Source: Paramoeba atlantica (lineage: Eukaryota; Protista; Discosea). Taken from it: a DNA stretch of 64,000 nt. The stretch spans positions 248,001-312,000 of the forward strand of contig CDRNVI010000024.1 in NCBI GenBank assembly GCA_977017575.1, given 5' to 3'. Below are positions 27,684 to 38,336 of this stretch, piece after piece. A program made the position numbers and the translations under genes. Position 1 is the first letter of the stretch, and every line of letters begins with the position of its first letter. Under the pieces are notes generated by a model. It had not been told where the DNA came from, made no database searches, and worked only from the letters and a program-made list of their open reading frames with translations.

Positions 27684-29138
27684 CTACCCTGTAAGCTGGA
27701 CATTAGATATCACACGTTCAGTGCCGTACGCTGCTAGCAAAGTAAATATGAGGATGCATCCCACGCTGAGTACTATGCTGGGTACTATAATCGTGTGCTC
27801 AGCATTAATTTCCTTCCATTCATGGATATTTAACTCCCCGAATATTTGCTCGAAAGCAGAGGTAGCCATTCCGAAATCTAGAGCGTCGCTTCGGTGTTCC
27901 AAGCGCGGTTTGAACAGCACAGCAGTTGTAATGCAAACAGTGTTTTGGAGATCAGTGTATGTGCACAGGAAGCTCGCGGAGGTCATATTACTCGAAGCTG
28001 TATAACCCCATATAACTGTCTCAGGTAGGAATGGACACTGTTCAATGAGATCTTGCTCATAAGCAAGCTTGCACAGCTCCTTTGGGGAATAGTATACAAT
28101 CCCTAGTCCCTGAGCATTTTGTCCAATGGCAGAGAAGGCTTCGTGCGTACTATATGTTTCTACGGGATGGCGCATCCGGAGGCCGTCAGTAAAAATATGC
28201 GACGTGTCGTCAACGAAAAGTCCCCTCACCAGTCGCGATAAGTCTAGAACTGAAGAAAACAGCATACCCTCTGCAAATATCGCAGGATGTACAGGAGATA
28301 TTTCTGTGCCGTCAAAAGCTACATCGCGTACTCTACGTGTAGTGTACGCCCATTCCTTCGCAAATTCTCCGCTAGGAGCTACAAAAAATGTTTCTTTCAT
28401 CCCCATAGAATCAAGAACGATGTGCTGTACATAACCTTTTAATCCAGGATCAGTTATACCGAAGTTATACGTTTTGGATTTCTCACGAATGAATTGATCC
28501 AGGTAGTAGGCTAATAGCGCAGTGTTTATTCTTGCGCGGTGGTACATTCCTCGATAATCTGGATTCCAGATCTCGTTCTTCAAAGATTTGCTCCACCATG
28601 ACTTGAATAAATAACTGGTCATAAAGTCGTAAAAATTCACGTGCAATGATTCAGACTGATTAGCCTTGCCTATCCATGCTGCTTGATCAAATGACTCATG
28701 TTCAATGAATCCCGATGTGTGTTGCATCAGATGTTGAGCGGATATTGCACTTAGCTCGTTGCATCTCCGTGGAACGTATTTCGGATCGAGGGATCCAGTT
28801 ATATTAAGATGTCCTTCAGCATGCAGGCGGCAAGCTACAGTACAAACTAATATCTCTGATATAGAATTAACTCGGAGTGCATGATCAATGCTGAGTTCAA
28901 TGTTTTCATGTTCTGGTATGGATCCAGTTGAGCATGTATATTCCCACACCGTTCCACCTTTATCTTGGACATGAATCGCTGAAGCAGATAAATCAGTATG
29001 TCGTTGGGATAGTCGCTCGAATGTCTTGTAAAAGTGACTATTCGCACTAACTGCTTTGATGTCCGAAAGAGCACCGAGAAAATTAAACCAGAAAATTAAG
29101 CCCGCTAACTTTCGAAACGTGTACCTATGATCGCACAT
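27684..29138 (-). CDS. Beta-lactamase/serine-hydrolase (S12)-like membrane protein
   Basis: NSISEIL, HLMQHTSG, LDSMGMKETFF, GMLFSSVLDLSRL. N-terminal hydrophobic signal and C-terminal TM helix. Confidence 0.65.
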   Translation of the reverse strand: MCDHRYTFRKLAGLIFWFNFLGALSDIKAVSANSHFYKTFERLSQRHTDLSASAIHVQDKGGTVWEYTCSTGSIPEHENIELSIDHALRVNSISEILVCTVACRLHAEGHLNITGSLDPKYVPRRCNELSAISAQHLMQHTSGFIEHESFDQAAWIGKANQSESLHVNFYDFMTSYLFKSWWSKSLKNEIWNPDYRGMYHRARINTALLAYYLDQFIREKSKTYNFGITDPGLKGYVQHIVLDSMGMKETFFVAPSGEFAKEWAYTTRRVRDVAFDGTEISPVHPAIFAEGMLFSSVLDLSRLVRGLFVDDTSHIFTDGLRMRHPVETYSTHEAFSAIGQNAQGLGIVYYSPKELCKLAYEQDLIEQCPFLPETVIWGYTASSNMTSASFLCTYTDLQNTVCITTAVLFKPRLEHRSDALDFGMATSAFEQIFGELNIHEWKEINAEHTIIVPSIVLSVGCILIFTLLAAYGTERVISNVQLTG

Positions 29139-29586
29139 TGTAAGAAAATCGTAGAAAATGTCGTAGAGCCTACTAAAAGAATCGATCAGGGCATGTTGTT
29201 ATCATGCCATGATAAAATACTATAGCATAATACATGGCATGGACTATACTACCCGTACAATGCACAAGCTATCATACTCCAAATCTTTCCACTTACTTTC
29301 CTTACTGCCTAATGTTAATTTTTCGAGGGAATAAGAGATATTTTTAATTGCTTTAGATAGAACTGGAAACTATTTGGGGGCCAAAGTCCACGCAAGCGAT
29401 TCGCGAACTTTCCGAGGGATTCATCTTTGGAGGTCGGTTCTAAGCTATAGAATCTAAAGATATAGAATCTAAAGAATCTATAGTATGTCTTTGGAGGGTG
29501 GTTCTAAGACCACAATGATAACAAATTATTGGCAATACATTATTCGAAAACCCATAGTTCACCATTCGCAACCTGCATTTTTACCA

Positions 29587-32500
29587 CTATAGCCATGGCA
29601 TCCACCAAAAATACATTTTGGAGAGATTATCAACATTGCATGAACTTCCTATCAACTTTTGAACGACCCCTTCAACATTGAGTGAGTGAGTACATGCTTC
29701 ACCATACAGATCTGGATAGCCCATAAACCTTCTGTCGACACGACGCAACATATGACGTGAATCCATTCGATCGTGTGAATGTTTCACTGCTCGAGACCAC
29801 TCTACAAGAGGGTCGTGTATGAAGGACTCCAGGATGCCCATAAGAGTATCTCGATTGTCCTGCTGCAACCGCAATGTGAGTTCACATGATCTCCTAAACA
29901 CGCCCTCGACACCTGTGATTCCCATCGCGTCTACCATATTGGGAGTGAGTCGAAATCGCACTCTCTCCGGCACCTCCAGCGTCTCACCTTTGTCGAACAG
30001 GCATGCAAAGTCAACATGCAAACATTCCCCTGTTACCTGATCAAGCATCAAATTCTCACCATGTCGGTCGCCCAGTCCCACAATATGACCAACCATCGAA
30101 AACGTGGCTGCGCATCGTGTAAACGCAAGTCGAGCAGAGAACCAGTGACCAGGGTCCAAAAAAGTCAGCATAAACCACTTGTGTAATAAGGGCGGAAAGT
30201 TTGGTAGAACGTCCTCCGTGTATAATCGATACACGGAACGGGATGCAGATTCCGCTCTATCTTTAAGAGCCTTTAACTGGTTTGTCGAGAGTCCTAACCC
30301 CTCTCTTTGATACATGGCATCCGCAGCAGCACGGAGGGTAACAAGCTTATTCACCCACTCTATAATACCACAATCGTCGCTCACAGGTAAAACTGCGAAC
30401 GTACGTACGTGAATTCGTCGGCGACGTAATTGAGCATTCTTTTTTGTCAACCTATTTATCATGCTGCTGTACTCCATCATTCTAGAATCTTTTCGGGTTT
30501 CATCTCGAGCCTTACATAGAAAATGATATGTATACCCATTGCTCCCCTTCAAAGCAATTCGCTTCGGCTTTTGTAGAGACATTATTACTTGAATATCTTC
30601 GCATATTCCTTGTATCGTCACTTCCTGCGGAAAACATTCTATGCAGGTAATGTTTTCTTGTACCTGCTGTTTCCGGTCATATGAAGAATATGAATTTCTA
30701 GACGGAGTGCCAAAGTCAGTAATAGTTGTTGGTAATCTTATACTCAACATTTCTTGTGTGGGAAGGAGTACCTCAGTTGGGAATTTTACATTGAAGCCTG
30801 ATATCTTCCGAAGCGGAACCGTCCGCTCAGCGCGACCGGAAATAGGCTGTGAAGCTATTGATATGAGCCCTCGCACAAGTTCACCCATTTTTCCTATAAG
30901 TCCCTTCAAAGCAATACTTTTTCTGGATACTTCATCAAGGACCTCTCGCACAACTTTCGCGCGCTTAAGTCCCTCGGAGCCATTGGTAGAGTTCGTGACA
31001 AAATAAATATACCACAAGGAGGGTCTCGGATATGCCATCAAGCAATGCATTAAAATTTGTTTTATTCGAAGCACAGAGTCCGCATTTCGATGACCAACTC
31101 GCGAAACAAGTTGCGAAATGGCAGTCATAAAGACGTAGGGCGGGACGCTGGCTATGATAGCGTCTACTTCTTTATGTAACACGAGCAAGATTTTCTCAGC
31201 TAAGGCAGCGTTCCTCTTTTGGTTCGTTCCAAGGCGGGAAACGTGCATGTCTAGTAATGACGTCGCATCTAGCCACCTTGACAAAAATTTTGGCAGTGTG
31301 CGATACACTGTGGAATGTCCACAGCCGAGAGCCTGACCGTATACAGATAAAATCCGAGGTAGAAATTTTTCTATGAGGAGAAGATGACTCTTTTCAACTT
31401 CCTCTATTGATGCTCCAGAAACACTGTGCTTGGCTTCAAGCTGTGCGCGTGCATTCGCGTATATATTCTCAAGAAAGTCTCCCAATTCGGCGTATGACTT
31501 CTCAGTGGCGCTATGTTCGATCAAGTTGTCGAAAAGAGATTGAATTTCAGAAGGTGTCTTTTGATTAGTCAAAATGTTCCATTGAAGAGTTTTTAACATC
31601 CACTTAGATTTTAATTCAGATGAGACGTTTGGGTCCGGTGAATGCTTCCTTGTTGTATTTTCTAGGAGGGAAAGGGCTCTCAGCTGCTCACCTTGGTGAA
31701 ATAGTATTTTGGCGTGCAATAGAGAAAATCGTTCTTTGTTTTTTAGTGAGGAAAATTCTGCCTGCATTATCGCAGCCAATGCGGATGGGCACATATCGAA
31801 TTTTCTTAGGACTTGCGAATACTCAGCCCACGTGTCCGCAGCATCCTCGTATCGCGCCAACATGTTACATATAGTGCGATGAAGCGAAGACACAACTTCT
31901 AGAGAAGGGGGTGTCGGGTCTACGGTGTTTCTCCCAATAGCAAAATAATTAATCAAAATATCACTTCTTACATCTCTTTTGCCTAAAGAGGCTTCCTTTA
32001 TTTCGTGAGCAACGAATTCCAAATCACCAAGAGAATGTAACTGTAGAAGTAGGGGATAGCTTCTTTCATAGGATTCGTTTGATGCAGCAGCTAGGGACGG
32101 TATCAGCTCTTTCCGAGTTCTATTAACTTCCGAGTGCACAGAATTTAGAAAACATTGTTTTTCTTGCGTTTGTTGAGATCGAAGGGAGAGGTGCATGGAT
32201 GATAAGACTTTCCCTACTCCAATGTCATACGTATGCGCAGAATTATCGATGGGAATACACTCCCATTGTGAAAGCCTCCAAGCTCCTTGCACCGAATAAT
32301 CTTTAATTAAAGTATTGTTTCTTGAATCGTGAGAAGATCGAGAAAATGATTCTGCAAGTGATCTCATGATCTGTAATTGGCCCAAGTTCTTCAGACTTTT
32401 TAATACTGATAGTTGATATTCGGGGTTAGTAGGATCCTGTTGCAAGCAAAGTTCGCTATTTCGTAAGGATTCATTCCAAAGACCCTGCGTCTCATTGTCT

Positions 32501-35500
32501 AAAATGTTATCTTTTTCGTAAATCAACTCCTTCAGTACTGTCACTCCCGAAGCACTGTCGGGCTCCGACAATTCTGCGTATATACTTTGCAGCAGAACCA
32601 AGTCTTCCGGTGCACACACGCCACTGCCGAATATGGGAAATAAAGAAGTATTATCCAAAGCTAAAGGTTTCGAAACCTCGTTTCTTGTGTGCAATTCGGC
32701 ATACCGGAGGGAGCGGGCAAAAGCTCCCACAGTATATGCAGCTTTGATGCAAAGTTTCATTGGGATACATTTTCTAAAATCTGACACACGTCTCAGATGC
32801 ACATTTGTTGTATTAGTAGTGGCGGAGTCTTCCGGACCCTTACTACGACGAGATTCTGCTCTAATGTATCCGCGCTGCTGATCACACCACTTATCGAGTC
32901 CATCTAGCAATGAAAAAACAAATTGTGTATGCTCCGCAGCAATCCTCGAATTTTCCAAAATGGCAAGTATCTCAGTTGCTATTCCTGATCTGTCTTCATC
33001 AGTTCCCAATAAAAGGAGGCAATGAACGACATATGGAATAGCAAAAGCGCTTAATTTTACGTCGCGTTTGGCCACGTTTCTTAAGGCTTGAAACACACCC
33101 GCCTGAAGATTTTCAGCTCTCGAACTGATGTTCGTGTACCATAATCTTACCCAATTACTGTAGCTCATATCCCTAGTATATTCCGGAACTTTGCGGTCTC
33201 GAATTAGCATGACCTTAACCTCATAGCTGGTGTGTACAAAACCCTGTATTACTTCCTTTACATGAGTCGGCAACGTGTTCCACCAGGCGCTCTTGCCCTC
33301 GTGAAGATCCTTCAAAAGTATTTTTCGATCCTCGCAGCACGTACGAATTAATGTTTGAATCGCAAAGGCAGCCCTATCGTGCATTTTCGTATCTGAAACT
33401 GTATGTAGCGAGCAAATCAAAAAATGTTCGATCGTATAGGCAGCGAACACTTTCCAGCTCAATAAATTTTCTATGATAGTCGCTTTCTCTTCCCCTAAAT
33501 GCGGGGACAAAAGGCTGGGAGCGATGGCTCCAATATATCCAAGACACGCGGCAGCGTGCTGTGCTATGGACGTGTGATCCCGGACAGCCACGAGAAGCTC
33601 TCGCTGAAAGCCTTCTAATTTTGAAGGAGAAATTTTTCGTATCGCACCAATGTGCATAGATAAAAACAACCTCATTTTTTTGATGTACAGAAAACGGCAT
33701 TTGAGTGAATCGCTTTTGAGTGCTTCTGTGCAGAATCTAAATCGTCGCTGAAGGCTCACCGGGTCAAGTGATTCAGGTGAACTTTTTTTCTCATGTAAAT
33801 TTGTCTTGCGAAAAGCATCGTATTCAGGAAAAAAGTCCTCTGTTTCGCGCAAAATATCTGCATTCCTTTCCGACAAAATGGATTGGAGGATCTCAAGTAG
33901 ATTTTTTCTATAGGGCGCGTCTTCTAAACATGTTCTGGCTCCAGCAAATTCGAACGTCTCCACCAAAAGTTCGCGCCAATGTATTTTCATGTAGCTTTCG
34001 GGTAGAGTTCGCATGAAATCTCTCCAAAATACAACAAGCTCAGGATAAAAACTTTCCAAGAATTCGGAAGGATTCAAAAGGCGAATCTTTTGTGCAACAA
34101 TAACGATTCGCTCTCCTAGTATATGTATTAATATTCGAAGAGCATTGATCCCGCTTCTTAAATCATATGTACTATGTCCTTCGCGAAGAACTTCTGTATT
34201 TTCTTTACCGACCTGAAGCCTCCCACAAACAATGTCGAGCAAACCGAAAATATGACTTGCGACAAATTCACGAATTGAGAGAGAAACGGTCTCTGTATCC
34301 CCGATAGGATTCCATCGAGATTCCAAACGTTTTATGTTCATGTCACATGTCTTGAGTTTGAGCAGCTTTGCAATACTAAGTGTAGTAGTGCGCAGTGTAG
34401 TCTTAAGTTCTTGATCATGTATTTCCGAAGATGACATAAGAATTTTTTGGGTGATCTGTTTCTCGTTTCTCTCAAAATAATGTGAACCTGTTCTACCTTT
34501 CAGAATGTCTTCAACAAAAAACGCGAGCATGCTCGCATTTTTGGCATAATCAGAAAATTCACTTACCAGCAGAGCAGCAGCTATCGCAGCGAACTCTTTT
34601 TCGCAAATTTCTGATACAGGAATGTTTATGCGCTTGCAAAAGTAATCCAGCAACTCTACGTCCCTTTGTGAAATTAATATCGGAATCAAAGCATGGGCGG
34701 ACTCAGCAAGCAACTCTGGTAAGTCTTTCTCTAAAACTGTCTCTAAAACGTATTCTACATCCGTAGACTGCTTGTCTTTCCACGAATCACGTAAAAGCGA
34801 CAATAAACCTTGCGGAGACCGCATGCATAAGTGAAATATTGAAGATTTGTGCTGTTCAGCAATCGAACGGAGCGCCTCGAAGCTCTTAAACCGCGGCACC
34901 CCGCATGTGCGAGCAGCAAGACGAATGAAATAATCTATAACTGAGGAAGTAGATCTCCTGCTCTGTCCAGCTGCACATTTGACTAGCAATGGGAATAAAA
35001 AGCTTCGTTCTTCGCATTGCCCAGCAACAGAAAAAATGTCTTCCAACACATTTTCAAAGTCTATATCATGTGATTCCATGCACATAATACACGATACTGC
35101 TGCGTCACGAATTTTTTTATCAGCGTGCTTCAGGAACGGGAATACAGATGCGTACGATGACCAAAACTTACTACCCCACTTCCTGTACAAACGTTTCGCA
35201 AAGTTTAAGAAACACTCTATTATAGTTAAGTCTTCGTACTCTATTTCACTCGCAATTGAAATAAAAAATCTCGCCAAGTTACAATCATGCTCTTCTGACT
35301 CCCCATAGCTCATACTGATCGATGAATATTCAGTTGCTTTTCTGCAGGTATTCAACTGAGCGTCCTCGGCAGCCTTACTTCCATCAGTGGTAAAGAAATT
35401 TATTGAACACGTCGGGCATCCTACACATTGCACCAAACTTTGGAGGAAATCCACTTTCACATCGACAACTTGAATTTTGTACCATTTCGTAAATGCGTCG

Positions 35501-38139
35501 GTCGAAAGTAATTTATGGCGAAGGGCACTCACTAGGAATCTAATATTCCTTCTGGGATGCTCAAAACAAAAATTAAGAATTCGTGAGACATCCTTTTTTT
35601 GCTTTAGAGTAATACATGTACTCACTCTTATCCCTTGAATTACCATCCAATTATTCTCGTCTGCTGTCGATTTTTCGATTTCGCACAAAGAAAGCAAGAA
35701 ATTGATCATATCTAATGCGAAATTAGAGCATGTGCTCGCATTTTCCCCTGATCGTATACGTTTGTGCGGAGATTTTCCATAAAATGGTTTTTCTCGTGCG
35801 AGCAAAATCTCACAAAAATACCAAGCTGCGTCAAACAATCGATATCCGTCGGAGTGAGTAATAAACATTTGAAGATGCTTCATAATATGGTTTAAGGGAA
35901 CAGTGGAATCCTCCGGAAAGTTTTCCGGCTCCGATTGCATGCATATACTTGCATAAGTAGCGAATGAACCCAAGAGTACGGGAATACATGACTCGTCATT
36001 TGATAACTCCGAGTTTTTCCATGATTCGCCTCTCTGAAGAATTGTCCGTATGGTGGCTCGCATTTCTTCATCATCTGTCAGGGATCGCATGTAGCACCAC
36101 TGATGCGCATGAAAAAAACAGTGCAGATAGCAATCAAAGAGGGATTTAGAGGTTCTCCATACAACCTCGACCGACGGCATGTGCACCAGTGATGTGAGAA
36201 GGACTCTGCAAAAAAAATAATTGTTGCGAGGCGAATTGTCGAATTTTGCACCAGATAATAAGCTAAACGTTTCACAGTTCCCATGACCACTAGGTAATAC
36301 AAGCATGAAAATTTCTTCAAGAAGAGGAGCTGTGTAAGCTAATATGCTCTCAGAGAACAAGACTGACCAATACCCTTCATGGGTATGAATCCATTCTAAA
36401 AAATCCAGCAAACATGCACTTTGACGGTTAGTCGAATCGGACACTGACTCAGAACTCCTATGCTGAAATATTGAGGTTCTCGTCTTTTCAAACAATGAAA
36501 CCAGCAACTGTACATTGGCTTTGATGAAATCACTGTAGAAAATATTATTCGATTCCGCTGGAGTACGCTTTATTTCTGCGCCAGGCTCTTGGATACAACT
36601 TTTCACTGAATCGTGGTCCGCAGTATCTCTTTCAATCGAGATAGACGAAGAAAACGAGGTTTCACTTATCGCGCAGCGAATCGAAGAAAGAGTTGCTTGT
36701 ACAATTTCCAGAAAGTGTGAGACGCAAATCACATGCTTTTGGAGGCAGCAGTCAATTATTGAAGCTGCTGCGCTTTCGGTCTGCAAGAGCTTTAATAAAA
36801 TTGAGATCATTTCTGCAGGACACAAAATCAAAATGCCTCTTTCAATAGATTCTTCTACAATATTTTTAATCAACTCAAATCTTGATTTTCTCTCCTCCAC
36901 GAAACGCTCGTTCCTAAGGCACAATAGGCTTGTTCGTCGAATTTGGGCATCCAGGTAAGCCTGTTGATATACGCCTTCGAGATAGTTCGGAATATATTTT
37001 CGAAAGAAAGTCGAGGTTATCTCCAAGGAACGCTCATTGGTTCGTAACAAGATCTCGACAACGACGGAAACTAGAGTTTCTTGATAACGACGCTGATTTA
37101 AAAAAGATTGAGGTAGGCTTAACAAGGCCTCCAACAAGTGGTAAATTTCCGTGCTACCCAGCCGAACAAAAAGAATTCCTGTGTGTGGTGCGGTAAGAAG
37201 TGATCGCAAAAGTCTAAGAACTATGTAAGCATGTTGTGGTGTTTTGGAACAGCATTCGCTTCCCCATGCCGGCCTTACATTCCGAAGCATGTCGATGATT
37301 TCTTCTCTAGAAACAACAGGAATCTTTGTGGGTTTTGCGAGTCGTTCATTCCATTGCTCTATGGTTTTCATTACTGAAAAAAGAAAGTCGGGTAGATGCT
37401 CTTTGTTCCTTGAGCGCTCCCCGATATAAATTGAAGCATTTCGCGAAACAGGTTTAGCTATCACGTCTTTAGATGGGCGGGAAGTATGCTGATAGTCCTT
37501 GTCCTGTTTGCTTATTTGGCTTGCGTTGTTCTCTGTAGTTGGGTACATCTGCTTTGCTACGATATTTTGATCTGGAGACAAGGCTCCGACACGAGGGACC
37601 AGGGGCACAACGGGATCAAGTTCATCTTCTTGTGGGCTCTTCGAGTAAATATCAGACGCCCTATTTCGTTTCTTATCTATGCTGCCGACCGTCTCCTGCA
37701 TATCAGAATTAAAGGAATCCCGTCCAGTAGTCGATATTAGCCTTGTATTCCTGGATGGGTTATGTATCACAGGTGCAGCTGATAATGCACTGCCAGTATT
37801 CTCGTAGGTTGCTTTTCGAGCTATAGTCTTTCTTGACTCATAAGTGGAAGCAGTGTCTTTCTTTCCCTCGCTGGTTGGATAAGGATGCTTGAATGAAACG
37901 ATAGGTTGACAGGGGTGGTTTACATTCGTAGTGGAAAATACATTACGCGGTTGCGCCATGCTTGAGGTCTCCTTGCGGGATTTTAAGGAAGAGTTGTGAG
38001 CTGGAATATTTGCTGCACCTGGGACCAGTTTGGGTGCATGGGATTTTTCTGAAATATTTTTCACTGAGTCATCCGCCCAGAGTTTAGGGAAATCGTTTGG
38101 CAGCGCAGCTCTGGGTGCAGGCGTATGTGATTTAGACAT
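29587..38139 (-). CDS. ATR: ATR/Mec1 PIKK-family kinase, 2850 aa
   Basis: FAT region, kinase motifs SLQKPKRI, RKDSRMME, GLGDRHGENL, HVDFACLF and VPERVRFRLT, FATC end NLSKMYFWWMPWL. Confidence 0.93.
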   Translation of the reverse strand: MSKSHTPAPRAALPNDFPKLWADDSVKNISEKSHAPKLVPGAANIPAHNSSLKSRKETSSMAQPRNVFSTTNVNHPCQPIVSFKHPYPTSEGKKDTASTYESRKTIARKATYENTGSALSAAPVIHNPSRNTRLISTTGRDSFNSDMQETVGSIDKKRNRASDIYSKSPQEDELDPVVPLVPRVGALSPDQNIVAKQMYPTTENNASQISKQDKDYQHTSRPSKDVIAKPVSRNASIYIGERSRNKEHLPDFLFSVMKTIEQWNERLAKPTKIPVVSREEIIDMLRNVRPAWGSECCSKTPQHAYIVLRLLRSLLTAPHTGILFVRLGSTEIYHLLEALLSLPQSFLNQRRYQETLVSVVVEILLRTNERSLEITSTFFRKYIPNYLEGVYQQAYLDAQIRRTSLLCLRNERFVEERKSRFELIKNIVEESIERGILILCPAEMISILLKLLQTESAAASIIDCCLQKHVICVSHFLEIVQATLSSIRCAISETSFSSSISIERDTADHDSVKSCIQEPGAEIKRTPAESNNIFYSDFIKANVQLLVSLFEKTRTSIFQHRSSESVSDSTNRQSACLLDFLEWIHTHEGYWSVLFSESILAYTAPLLEEIFMLVLPSGHGNCETFSLLSGAKFDNSPRNNYFFCRVLLTSLVHMPSVEVVWRTSKSLFDCYLHCFFHAHQWCYMRSLTDDEEMRATIRTILQRGESWKNSELSNDESCIPVLLGSFATYASICMQSEPENFPEDSTVPLNHIMKHLQMFITHSDGYRLFDAAWYFCEILLAREKPFYGKSPHKRIRSGENASTCSNFALDMINFLLSLCEIEKSTADENNWMVIQGIRVSTCITLKQKKDVSRILNFCFEHPRRNIRFLVSALRHKLLSTDAFTKWYKIQVVDVKVDFLQSLVQCVGCPTCSINFFTTDGSKAAEDAQLNTCRKATEYSSISMSYGESEEHDCNLARFFISIASEIEYEDLTIIECFLNFAKRLYRKWGSKFWSSYASVFPFLKHADKKIRDAAVSCIMCMESHDIDFENVLEDIFSVAGQCEERSFLFPLLVKCAAGQSRRSTSSVIDYFIRLAARTCGVPRFKSFEALRSIAEQHKSSIFHLCMRSPQGLLSLLRDSWKDKQSTDVEYVLETVLEKDLPELLAESAHALIPILISQRDVELLDYFCKRINIPVSEICEKEFAAIAAALLVSEFSDYAKNASMLAFFVEDILKGRTGSHYFERNEKQITQKILMSSSEIHDQELKTTLRTTTLSIAKLLKLKTCDMNIKRLESRWNPIGDTETVSLSIREFVASHIFGLLDIVCGRLQVGKENTEVLREGHSTYDLRSGINALRILIHILGERIVIVAQKIRLLNPSEFLESFYPELVVFWRDFMRTLPESYMKIHWRELLVETFEFAGARTCLEDAPYRKNLLEILQSILSERNADILRETEDFFPEYDAFRKTNLHEKKSSPESLDPVSLQRRFRFCTEALKSDSLKCRFLYIKKMRLFLSMHIGAIRKISPSKLEGFQRELLVAVRDHTSIAQHAAACLGYIGAIAPSLLSPHLGEEKATIIENLLSWKVFAAYTIEHFLICSLHTVSDTKMHDRAAFAIQTLIRTCCEDRKILLKDLHEGKSAWWNTLPTHVKEVIQGFVHTSYEVKVMLIRDRKVPEYTRDMSYSNWVRLWYTNISSRAENLQAGVFQALRNVAKRDVKLSAFAIPYVVHCLLLLGTDEDRSGIATEILAILENSRIAAEHTQFVFSLLDGLDKWCDQQRGYIRAESRRSKGPEDSATTNTTNVHLRRVSDFRKCIPMKLCIKAAYTVGAFARSLRYAELHTRNEVSKPLALDNTSLFPIFGSGVCAPEDLVLLQSIYAELSEPDSASGVTVLKELIYEKDNILDNETQGLWNESLRNSELCLQQDPTNPEYQLSVLKSLKNLGQLQIMRSLAESFSRSSHDSRNNTLIKDYSVQGAWRLSQWECIPIDNSAHTYDIGVGKVLSSMHLSLRSQQTQEKQCFLNSVHSEVNRTRKELIPSLAAASNESYERSYPLLLQLHSLGDLEFVAHEIKEASLGKRDVRSDILINYFAIGRNTVDPTPPSLEVVSSLHRTICNMLARYEDAADTWAEYSQVLRKFDMCPSALAAIMQAEFSSLKNKERFSLLHAKILFHQGEQLRALSLLENTTRKHSPDPNVSSELKSKWMLKTLQWNILTNQKTPSEIQSLFDNLIEHSATEKSYAELGDFLENIYANARAQLEAKHSVSGASIEEVEKSHLLLIEKFLPRILSVYGQALGCGHSTVYRTLPKFLSRWLDATSLLDMHVSRLGTNQKRNAALAEKILLVLHKEVDAIIASVPPYVFMTAISQLVSRVGHRNADSVLRIKQILMHCLMAYPRPSLWYIYFVTNSTNGSEGLKRAKVVREVLDEVSRKSIALKGLIGKMGELVRGLISIASQPISGRAERTVPLRKISGFNVKFPTEVLLPTQEMLSIRLPTTITDFGTPSRNSYSSYDRKQQVQENITCIECFPQEVTIQGICEDIQVIMSLQKPKRIALKGSNGYTYHFLCKARDETRKDSRMMEYSSMINRLTKKNAQLRRRRIHVRTFAVLPVSDDCGIIEWVNKLVTLRAAADAMYQREGLGLSTNQLKALKDRAESASRSVYRLYTEDVLPNFPPLLHKWFMLTFLDPGHWFSARLAFTRCAATFSMVGHIVGLGDRHGENLMLDQVTGECLHVDFACLFDKGETLEVPERVRFRLTPNMVDAMGITGVEGVFRRSCELTLRLQQDNRDTLMGILESFIHDPLVEWSRAVKHSHDRMDSRHMLRRVDRRFMGYPDLYGEACTHSLNVEGVVQKLIGSSCNVDNLSKMYFWWMPWL

Positions 38140-38336
38140 AATCTAACAAAAAGATATAGTATAAATTTGTTGTGCTAGGCACTTTAATGCTATACGTTTA
38201 TGCTGGTATACTGATGACATCAAGTGCATGAAGTTTCCTTTACTCTGTTTATGTAAGCCACATTTCCGGTTAGTTATATACCCCCCCCGGTGTGTTATCA
38301 AGATATACAATGTAGGTACTATACCCCCCCTACTTA

